Of a stretch of 49,620 nucleotides of DNA, positions 34,797-46,700 are shown piece by piece. A model generated the notes under the pieces. It saw only the letters and a list, made by a program, of their open reading frames with translations. It was not told the origin of the DNA and searched no databases. The DNA comes from Lenisia limosa (Eukaryota; Protista; Breviatea). Position numbers and translations under genes: made by a program. How positions within the stretch are numbered: the first letter of the stretch is position 1; every line of letters starts with the position of its first letter. The stretch lies in contig LPNZ01008715.1 in the NCBI GenBank assembly GCA_001655205.1, positions 1 through 49,620 on the forward strand, given 5' to 3'.

Positions 34797-37700
34797 TTAT
34801 GTTAATAGGCCGGATAATAAGCGTATTGATACCTTCTTAGTTGGAGAATCCAGATCAAGTTCACTAGGAGGCGTTGGGGGAAGAGACGTACAAATCGGAG
34901 TCAGATCAAAGTCTGTTTTACTTTGCCTGAGGTCAATCATAAAAATAGACAGTTAACAACAAATACATGCATATATTCCAATTATCTATAAATGTTAATT
35001 ATAGGTAAAAGATAACGTGAGTAATAGCTTACGTTAAGCATAATTCGCTGAGACGTTGCTCTGATTGCTTCATCATCTAGAATATCATTTACATACTCTC
35101 TCCAAATGAGATTAATACACAATTGACAATCTCTCTGCCAATATGATATTGCATTTGCACATTGTAAGCCCGCCACCTACCTCAATACTCTCTCTTTCAT
35201 CCGAAATATACTTGTTCTTTCGTCTGAGCTTTGCACCATGTTTGAAGAATCGACGAGCCAAAAGAAGACAAATACCTGCAATTGCGATCACTACAATATT
35301 AGTAACGTTGATAATCTTAAATATACCATAATTAGTCCTTTTATTTCCGTCAACAACAGTGGAGGCGACAATTGCAATCATGGATGTGATAATCAGAACA
35401 ATTGCATATAATTGAGTAAGTGGCTTCCGCAATGGCATTGTTTCACTCAGGATGAATGTATACAGACCTACAAAATTAAAACTTGACATAGCTTACATAA
35501 AACCAGGTAAATACTCGCCAGTTGTGATGCTGTCCCAGGGAAGGCCCCAACACATACAATGCCAATCACGTTTCTAAATGCTTAGACACAAAGAAACTAT
35601 TCATATCTTAAAACTGTCATATTTATTTATGAAAATTGAAATGTTAATCTTTTGGTTTTTAAAACAAGGTAAATGATAATATCTATCAATTCGTCACCCG
35701 TACCTGAATATAATATCATATATCAAGAAGTAAGGAGAGTCTCTCTGTAAGATAAACGAGAATTGCGGGAAGCAATGAGAGAATTGCCAGTTGTCATTCC
35801 TAAATGTTAATTACAATTAATGACTTACCAAGAGTATTTAATAAGAGGAATAATGAATGAGAGAGGCAAGAGAATCAACACAAAACAGAAGAACAGAGAC
35901 ATCAACAGAGCTACAATCCATGTGCTACTACCATATTTATACTGAAAAGTTAGTCGAAATTATTTAATGATGAAATGGTATTCTGCTTGGCCTACGTCTA
36001 CAGAATCTCTCACAACATTTTCGTCTCCAACATGGACAAAAACCTAATGTGTAATATTTAAAGAGAGACTGTAGAGTAAATATGGCACACCTATTTGGTG
36101 AAAATATAATATGATTATGTCTACTCTACAAAAATAATGTTACACTAGGTTGACCTACCATTAAACTGGCACATAGGCGTGAGGCAGGAATCACCATGAA
36201 GCTACACACAAGCCAAAGTCTCATGGTTAACTGGGCTATATTTGGTGGCACAACCATCTATATATTGTAAGAATGCGAGTGTAACAAAATTTGAAAAGGT
36301 ATGACACATTAAGTGGAATAGGTAATAAAACACATTAGGTAATTTGTAAAGACCAAAATTAACCAACGTTTTCATTTTCAATATAGGCGGATGCAACGCA
36401 GTTTGTTGATCTCAAAAGAGCTGTCTGTAGAAATGTAGAGGAGTGGCACGTTAAATCTGAAATATGATTTATTTGCAACATGTAAACTAAAATATACTGA
36501 AGTGATATTTGGACCATTCCTACTTGGAGTTTGTCTTTTTTCCGAAGGTGAAAGAACACTTGTTAAGTCCTATATTGTAAATGTAAAGTACACCATTATT
36601 TTAAGACTTACCAGTACAGACTTTTCAATATTCAATACTGGAGGTTTAATTGCGTTCATCTACTTTGTTAGCGGCAGTTTGAGCACATAAATTTATTATT
36701 TAACTCTGACAATTTAGAATTTCATAATTTGTTCGATTTTGTTATTGGCAAAATCTATTGTTACATTTGAAACCTACATATCCTCCTTTTGGTTTCGCTT
36801 GTGGTGTATCAATGCTCTCATTCACTTTCATAATAAATTCTAAATAATTATTGTGAAAAAAAAGGATTCCAAAATAGTTGTGTTTGTTTACACTACTTAC
36901 CAATATCAGGGACTAAGGATGAACACGTTTCATTGATAGTACATGGAGTCTTTTTCAAAATGTAGAGCCATAGAATAAAGAGTAAAACCATCTAGATGGT
37001 AAAACGGGTCATTTTACAAACTTTGGCGATGACTTCCATTGGAATAGATACAGGTAATCCAACACAACTGAAAACTGGGATTCTCTTAAAGTCCAGAGTT
37101 AATGGTGAGATGAATAGGAGAATCAACTCAATTGTAACAGGCCATCTGATTCGAACAGAGCCGATCACACTGATAATCTGAAGACAAGTAATAATCAGGG
37201 ATAAAACCCCAATTCTGAAGCTAAACGCAAGCATTAGTTCGTTTTCTTTTGGTCTGACGTATTGAATTGAAGAGAAAATAATAATTGTGCTTATTGTCAA
37301 GGACAACGCTGTAAGCAAAGGGGCATGGCGACACTTAAAGCAGTAGGTGCCTTCGGCAAAGTAATCATCCGCACATTTGGCACACAAAGTTCCAGTGTAA
37401 CCCTGAGAACAAACCTACAATTTTATTACTTCAAATAAGAACTTGAAGTTGGAATGTCCAGGACATACTTCATTTTTTTCTCCTCCAGAACACGACTCAG
37501 CAACCAAGCATTTACTTATGTCAGTTGAATCATCTGATACAATAGAACTGATCCAATATCCAGCCATGGGTACTGGAGGATCCTTGCCGTTACATAGACC
37601 GCCTAGAGATTGAGAAGGCACATTTACAATTGCTTAAGGAAAAGCCTGATATTGCTTGCTTTGGAAATCATTGTATCTGTTTCTAATATAAGAGACGTAA

Positions 37701-40700
37701 CTCCACACTTACCAGTTGGACAAGCCTCACAGACACCATCTGAAGTTCTGTAATACCCAAGGTCACAATTACACGACGACTGGCCAATGTTGAAAGTTGT
37801 CTCGAACATTGCACATGGTTGACAAGGAGCTGAGCTTGTAACTGACTGATGTGTCAAAAATTAGATTGTTGTTTTTGCACAATCTTGAAACATGTTTTCC
37901 CAATTATAGGATAGTTTTATCGCCCACCTTGAAGTAGCCTTCAGAACAGTCCTTGCAGGTGTTGCCAGAAATATCCATTTCAGTTCCTATAAGAGAGATG
38001 AATCATTGTCTACTCTTTGTGAGAAATAAAAGATCTAAAACTGAAACAATACTCACTAAATATATTGACAAAAGAAAAAAATAACAATGTGACCCAAAAC
38101 ACAGAGTTACCTTTAGGGCAAAGACAATTAAGCGTTATGTTGTCAGTGACAAATGGTATCATTCCAGGGTTACAGACGCATGCAGTGCTTTATAGTTACA
38201 AAGGAGATTTATCACGCAGAAAACTTTCATGTTAAGCATTTTAATAAATATATTTGTTGAGACAATGAGTTGCATTTATGGCTAAACCAGCATTTTGCAC
38301 AATATTTTAGATTTACCCACAAAGGTTCTTCAGAGGTCGTTGCGCCAATAGGGCAAGGTTGGCACTCGAACGATGGTAGTGGACTGATTGTGGATTAGTG
38401 ATAGCTATGTAATATGTGGGTCCTCAAAGCTCCGGACAGCATTCAAAATTCACCAGACACATCAAAACTCTCGGACAGCTTGAAGTTGACCCCTTGTATG
38501 GGTCAACAGTAGTGTTTAATACAAAACTGATTCGACAGATAAATAGAAAAAATGACCTCTTAATGTTCCCCAATTGTTTTTTTTTTCAATTTTGAGCAAG
38601 TGTCAAAAATCCGTGAAATTTGGTCTCCCGGGGGTGGCCCCTTTTGCCTTTTCACGGATTTTTTTCTTAATCTATCCCTCTTTTAGTGTTAAGAAACAAA
38701 AAATTGTACCCCCGGAGTAATTGGTTATGGATTTCCTCTTGCTTTGGCTATGTAATGGTGAAATTTGAGAGAAAAATGTTCAAAATAGTGCTTTCTACAG
38801 GGTCAAACTTTCCCGGATAGTTGCCATTTATTCCTTGAATGTGACCAATTAGAACGGTTTTGGTTATTTTTGGCAGTGACTTAATTTGGGTTTGAGCTAA
38901 GAATATGTAAAAACCGCATTCAATCCTGTGATTATGACTGAAATTACTTTCGAAAATAACATGAAAATAAAGTTTATAGTACTTTTATTGGGAAAATTCA
39001 AGCTGTCCGGGAGTTTTGATGTGTCTGGAGATTTTGAATGATGTCCGGAGCTTTGACTATATACATATATACTTTTCATAGAGCTTTGTATTCAAGTCAT
39101 ATACCATAGTATCACAGCAACAACTTTCAATTGGGGTTACAAAGATGTAATATCAAGTGTATTAAATATATAATATGCATGTAGGTAAAATCGTTAAATA
39201 ACACCAAAATTAGGTTTAACTATTAGTCGCAAAGTGAACAATACGTACCTGTAGTATCCATATTGACAAGGTAAACACTTCTCGTCCTGAAGATAGAAAC
39301 CTGCTTTGCATGCACAAATACCGTAATAAAGAACAAACCCTAAAAATGTAACAAAGAGAAAATTATAGAAAAAATAAAATAGTATTCAAACCTTTATTGC
39401 AAACGCAGCTTTCTTCAGCAACAGAAGCTGTTGTGTTTGTTGATGCGTGTTTCCTGCATGGGGTACATACTCCCATGGAAGCTGGTCGAGTATCATTCAA
39501 CTGGGAACCCTCATTATAAGACCCATGGGGGCATGGAGAGCATTGCCGTCCGTTATCGAGATCAACCAGGTAGTACCCAGGGCGGCAGGTGCAGTATCCG
39601 AGCTCCATAGTGTCACTATTATTAATTGTTTCGTTGCATGGTAGCGCAGTTATGTTTTGAGCAATTGAGCTGATTGTGAAATAAACTACTGACTTACTCA
39701 ATACCAAGATGTGGTGATGATAGTCTTAGTTGATAATCAATACCCGGCTTCAGGACCACTTTCAGACCATCAAATAAGACCTTCCCTGTGCGTGCAAAAT
39801 AAGCCTCGTTTCCTACTTGTATGAAAATACTCAATGAAGGTGTAGCATCCGCATTGGTGATACAACAAATATTTCACAAAATCTGGAAATACCTGATATG
39901 GCAGTAGGTTCTGGTGAAATTATCAAATTACATCTAAATTGTAAATAGAACTATGTAGCATTTTATCACAAGGTGAAACAACCAGACCAACTTGAGAGAT
40001 TTCTTTCCAAGTGAATTAGCTCCAACTTCTTTCCCAAAAGCAAGAATCTGACCGGTAATAGCGATTGAGTCACTTATGATGTCTCCTCGTCTTCTGTTGC
40101 TTATTGAATCCCAAAAGTCAGCCGACATCCGAGAGGGAACATTTGAGAGTGCGATCTCAGTGGGTGTCTGTTGGGCCAAGGTAAAAAATGACAATTTCCA
40201 TGTGCTAGAGTAAAATCTCCTTGAGATTGAATGCTAAGATACATTATTTTCCGTCTGCGATTGTTGCATCTTTATCAAAATAATCTCTGAAATGATAATG
40301 AATCACCATAAAAGTTCATAGAATATTATCTCTTTTCCCTCCCACCGCCTCCACAGTTAATGTTGTTGAAGATGCGGTTACAGTAATCCCATTGACAGAT
40401 ACTAAAGTTGAATTATTACGTGAAATACCAAATAATCTTCAAAACTAATATTATTTGTATATTTATACAAATATCAAAATATCAAATCAAAATTAACAAT
40501 TATGCTCTTTAGTTTATAGCATACTATCTAGAAGCAAGACCCCCCATTCAATGCAAATTGCTGGTGAGGGTAATGGGCAATACATAGTGAAAGGACTTGA
40601 TACCGAAGGTTCAGATTCGAATACTTCATCTACACAATTACAAATGCAAGTTCAATAAACGAAACAAAAGGTAAAGTCATTTTAGTTGACATTAGCATAC

Positions 40701-43700
40701 CATCTAACGATGACCATCTGCACTTTCCACCGTCAACATCTATATTGTGTCCAATCTATCTCATTGAGTAGGTAACATTTGCGCTTATGGTGAAACATGT
40801 CGATTATATTGTGATACTATTTACTAAAGGAGTCAATTCAAAGCGGTCCACCTTGAAAACATACAAATATCGATCTCATATGTATTAAATACAGTGTGAA
40901 ACAAATTTAGACAATATCACCTGATAATAAAAAAACGGTTATATTTAAAGTGTCAATCCGGAAAAGCCATTTACCAGGAAGACGGAAGAATCTGAAGCTA
41001 AAAGTGTTGACAGTTCAGCTTTTCCTAATAGGTCATCCTTAAAAGTAATATTTTTACCTTACCATTAGACTGAAGCACTTGGGGAACAATTACGTTGATT
41101 GAAGGGCTGGGTAATACGACAATTGGCGGCATTGAGGGTGCAACAAGTGATGCCGTATAGCCATTGAGAAGAATAACAGGGTGAATGAACGATGCCTCTG
41201 TCCATCCAGGGTTTTTGCCGGTAAAGTTACAGGTCTTAGTCAAAGGTTCACAATAGCCCTGGAATGATAATATTGATGTTATTATTTGTCCTCAACAGCT
41301 TGATAAATGGTGAATAGCAACTTAATATAATAACTTACAATTGCAGTTACAATAAGTCCAGAAGACTTTTGGAAACTAGTAGGAATCACCTCTCTTAGTC
41401 TACAATGTTAGATGTGGTAATAAAACTCAAAATGATTGTATAACTATATTGAAATTGTATTTATTGGAGAAGGCAGTGTTGTCAATTTAGCATACTCAAA
41501 AACAGATTCAGATTTTGTGTCCACTGCTATGTCAAAGTTACAAGTGACATTCAATGTGTCTTGAGAGGAATACAGGCCGTTGCTGCTGCAGTAAAGTAGC
41601 ATTGGATTTCGGTATATTTGAAGTTCCAATGTTAAGTTCTAAAGATGTAAATTGAAATCTGGTTATTCAATAGCCCACAAAATATGTCAATCCAATGTCA
41701 TAAAGTCCCGAATTTATCTGAGGTACATTGAATTGAATCATTGAATCGGAAAGACCAATTAAGGGTAATCTGATGATTGTACCATCCTTTCCATAAAGAA
41801 ACACTTTTTCACTGCCTGGGTTACATATCGCAGGAATTTGACCAGATATCGTCACTAAGCCGCCTGTTGAATCTGCTAACATTGGAGGGTCTATTAAAAC
41901 GCCTTCAATGACGTTGAGGGAACAGCTCAGTCTGGTAATAGCGATCATAATAGAGTCATTATCAGGTAGCATTGCAGGAGGTCCAAAATCTGTCAATAGA
42001 ATCTCATATTTGCTGTGTGATGCTAGAAAATAATTTGTTCGCTCATCATCAAGAACAGCCTGCAAAGTTTGATCATGCTCAGGCTTCAATACTCCCCTTA
42101 TGAATTCAGTTGAATTGAAATGAGAGATTTGGAATTCTCTTTCATTAGGAGAACTCGGTGTAATAATCTGAAATATTAATGATAGAAGAGAAGCCACCAA
42201 CAATTATTGAACACTGCAAGTTGTCAAATACCATTTTTGAAGGAAATTCGATTATAACATCATTTTGAATCACAACAGTTGCACCACACTAATAGTAGTG
42301 AAAACAAGTGAAACAATCTAAAAACTGGCAGATACTACAATTGCAAAGAAAGATTAAGTATTTTACAAAAAAATAATATCAAAGGATACACATTGAAGAC
42401 ATACAATATCACATCGGTCTCCAATCCATCCATCAAAACAGTTACATTTGTATGGCGCCACGCATTCTCCATACCTGTTTTGATTAACAAAATTGCTTGT
42501 GTTGTTTTTGTATATCATATTTAATACCGTGAAATTATTGCTCATATTAAGAGTACATGTAGTATATTATATGATTTAGAGTATACTATATGATATGCAA
42601 GTATGTATATTATATCATATCAAAGTATTCAATTAGTTGAACTAATTCTCCTTGAAAACAAATATAACTTCCGTTTTGCCGATAGATAGCCCAACTAACT
42701 CGCATCCCTCAGGGCACATTGTTTCGGAACAAAGTGTATTAGTTGATCCAGGGAGACATTCACAACCTCCTTTGCTGCCACACTCCATCCCCTGTAATTA
42801 TTAACATAAATATATTCCTGAATCGACAAAGAAATGATAACAGCGGGTAAAACGGAGTGGCAGTTATAATAACATAAACATTTAATCCACCAATAACTGT
42901 TTCCTAGGAAAATCACAATTTCAAAATCCAATCTAACTTGAGGGCAATTATGCTGGCCAGACGTAAAGCACATGCCTTCAGTTCCTGGAACGATGTCTAC
43001 AAGATCGCTGCATGCTACGTCTTTCACACATGCAGCTGATTGACACCATCCCGATGAATGCGATGGAGACTCCTTTGATTTGATTAGAATGTGAATGATA
43101 GTGACGATGCAATAAAATCATGTAATATTTTGGCAGTACAAAACATTCTAAATATAATTATCAAATTTCAAGATTGAATTTCAAAACGAGGAATATGGTT
43201 GAATAGATTGACCCAGAAACAGCATTCATAGTACCATGCAAGTGACTGCTGCTGCATCAGCACACTTCCCGTCAATACAGAAAGAGTCCTGGAACCTAAA
43301 ACCAATGTTAAGAAAATAATTTCATGAAATTGACTTTGTTGAAAGGCAGTAGTATATGGCAATTGATAGTTTCTGACAAGTGACATTAAAGCAGTCCACT
43401 AACCCTTGGTGCACCATGCAGTTCGCTTCCAAAATCATCTCAGAAGAGCCAGAAATAGGATTTCCTATGCTATCCACCCATCCAAAATTCACGTTACTGC
43501 AGTCTTTCTGGAGGCATTTTGATGGAGTGGCATTAGGTAATGCAATGCAGCTGCCATTTGAACTACACGTATGGCATGTTGATGAGCAAGGTTCACGGCA
43601 ACAATGACCGTCCAAACAGATGAACTCCCCACAATCCGAATCAAGTACACATGATGTGGGAAGACAGGAGTCATAATCATCCAAGATGAATTTACCATTA

Positions 43701-46700
43701 ACACATATGCTAACACCGAGGCTGCTACTGTACCTGCCATATTGACATTGGTTTTGACAAATTGTTGCGTTACGAATCCTCCCGTCAGTTAGAACACTAG
43801 AAACTGAACAAATTGGAATTGGATCCGTCTTATCATAGTTAACAATTTTACAAGGTGGAGGGCTGCAAGTTCGATCTACTGGGATAGTAGCCCAGCCTTC
43901 AGGAGTACATTTCCATGCTGTTTCAATAACTGGGTCATCATCTAACAGATCAATAAGACCATCTTTGCAAGCTGTTCGACAAATGTCAGAGTTGTTATAA
44001 CCAATGCAGTCAACTTGCTCAAGTAGTGTACTGTCATAAATGGGGTTTTCAGAACAGGTGTGTATAATGCACATGTTTGAAAAGAGGTTCAGTGTACCAT
44101 TAGCTTCACAGGTAACCTGAGTATCACCAATTAAAACAAATCCATAATTACAGCTGAAATCACATTTGTCACCATATTTGTGACCACTATAGCAGTTGAT
44201 TTTCATTTCGGGATCTATTAAAGCAATGCCAGGATTGCATGCTACTCTGTCATACTCAATTGCTGAGATGTTGAATGGACATGTGATATGGTCAAGTGTA
44301 TCATTTGAGGTATATCCCAATTTTGGTGCTAAATTACAGTACTCATTGTTAAAACAATCGCCTGTAATCCAGTCAGGAAATACAGAAGGACACCCAGTGT
44401 ACAGGCATTTTTCCTGACTCGCGTCAATTTTTCTTGATTCTTTCAAGCAATATAAGGCGGAAATAGATGGCTCGTAACTGCCCGGACAAATCAGATCACA
44501 TTTATTTCCAACAGCCATTACCACGTCACAATTGAAATCCATTCCTTCAGGTAAAGTGGAGTGAATCACCTCACAAGTAATTAATGAGCATGTTGGATAA
44601 ATGGGCAAGATTTTAAATGCATCACAGGTGTAATTTTGTATCGATGGCTCATAAGATGGATCACAATCAGGTTGAAACACTGCTTTGTCTAAGACTGTTA
44701 CGTTTTTGTGATGTGTTCCATTAAAATACTCAAAGGAACAATAGTGTTGGCATTGCGGTATATCACTAAAAGTCTCATCTGAACGACATACCACAGGCTC
44801 ATGAGAAGTTAAAATAGTTCCGTTGTGACACTCTACGTTGAGGGTTTCCCCGTACATAAGATGGCTTTTATCTGTATACGTTTGAAGAATCCCATCAACT
44901 GATGTGACACTTGGGGGGACAGGACACCACACGGCCACACAATTATTATTAACTTCTAGTTCCCTGTTGAGGTTGCAGTATGCATTCGGCGGGCTAATAC
45001 CGTTGTAATATCCCGGCTCGCATGTGAAGTCAGCTGATTCTCCTTTCAAGATCGTAATTGAGTCACCAACTATACCCAATGTTGGAGTGTATAAACATGC
45101 CTGAGGACGACAATAAAGATCTTCAATAGGCCCACTCCAATGCCCGTCAACACACATCGTGTTTAGAAGTAATGGCATTCCGATGGTAGAGTAATTACCT
45201 GTAGAAGGGCCAAGAGAGGAGTTACTACAGGTGATATCAATGGTTTCACCTTCTAAGTAGCCAGTTAATTCAAGACTGGTTAACAAGCCATCAGCGTGGA
45301 AGTCAGGATGGTAACATGAAATAGAGTGACACTGAAGAAGGGGGCCATCAACAAACAGCCCATTGCTTACATTGCAAAAGTAGTAGGAAGATATGAAACC
45401 TACTACCCAGTCTTCAAGGGAGACTCGAGTAGTATTGCTGCATTGTACGTTCACTCCCTCAGTGTCAAAAGCGAATGTGTAATCAGATTCATCGTAGTCA
45501 GTTGGGGTGCCGCAGTCGATGTTACAATTGAATGCGTCCAGAAATTGTCCATTCTTGTCGCATAATATAGTGGTGTTATATGTCGTAATATTTGAGTTTG
45601 AGCAGTAAACGTCATACTGGAACCCATCAAGAACCTTAATTGTGATTGCAAAAGGTTTTCACTGTTACATATACTAGTTATCATTTTGTAATAAAACATA
45701 ACGTATTTATTTCATTAATATTTAAAAAATGCTAGAAGACAGAAAGAATCATATACTGTGCAAACTGCAAAATTAGCTATTATTACAATACTCATGTATA
45801 TACACTAACCAGGTCATTGATAGAACTGTCATGGCTTGTAAAGTGCATGAATTGTGGAGCTGCATCGCAAACTCTGACACATCTTCCAGTGGGTTCTGTT
45901 TACGTTAGCATACAGTCTAATACTAAAAAGCCCATAATAATGCCACTTTTGTTCAGATTCATATGTCTCCAAAATGGGAAAATATAACAGGTAGATTAAC
46001 AAAACATACCTGAGTAATGAGGTCCAATACACTCTGATATGATTGGAGCGTTCATTGGAAAGGCCAAGTAACCTTGGAAGATAAGACCAAACTATCAATT
46101 CAACAAATTACCTTCGTCACACTGATAGATCACATTGTCTCCAACACTTGATGTTCCGGTATATGTCGAATTGTGCATTTCTGGTGGGGCTCCTCTGCAG
46201 TCAGGATCTGTAAAAATGAGAAATAATTACCATAATTTTGATTGAATATTTCCTCTCAGTACTGTCAAAATCACAATATAATGGTAAAATAAACTAAGGA
46301 TATAATATTTTGATTTGTGAGTCCATCATATTTTACCATGATTCGGGTGAATTTGTTTAAAAATTAACAATTAACTGCTTAATTCCCAAGTTACCATAAT
46401 GTGCCAGGAAAATGTCACTCAAGTAAACATCAGCAGTAGTACAGTTTGTAAACCTCAGTCCAATGCTATACAAGACTATGCTCTCGGTTAATTGGTCATG
46501 GCCGCATTTGAAGAATGCATTTGATCGTGTGTATTGGGTTGCTTCTTCACTTAAAATGGTTTGATAGTTCATCAAATTGTACATTTCTGTGATAACTTCT
46601 TCACACATGGGCACTATTGCTACTGAGCACATCGGATCAGCGATTACCTACAAGGAAAATTGTGTTTTAAATAATCACTTTACAGTTTAGAATTCATTTA

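Noticed and set aside
42380-42400. U12-type donor GTATCCTTT on the minus strand (another GTATCCTT near 8215-8223)
   Set aside because: A canonical GTATGT donor just upstream ends the EGF exon; the other site lies beyond the TMEM249 stop with no partner exon.
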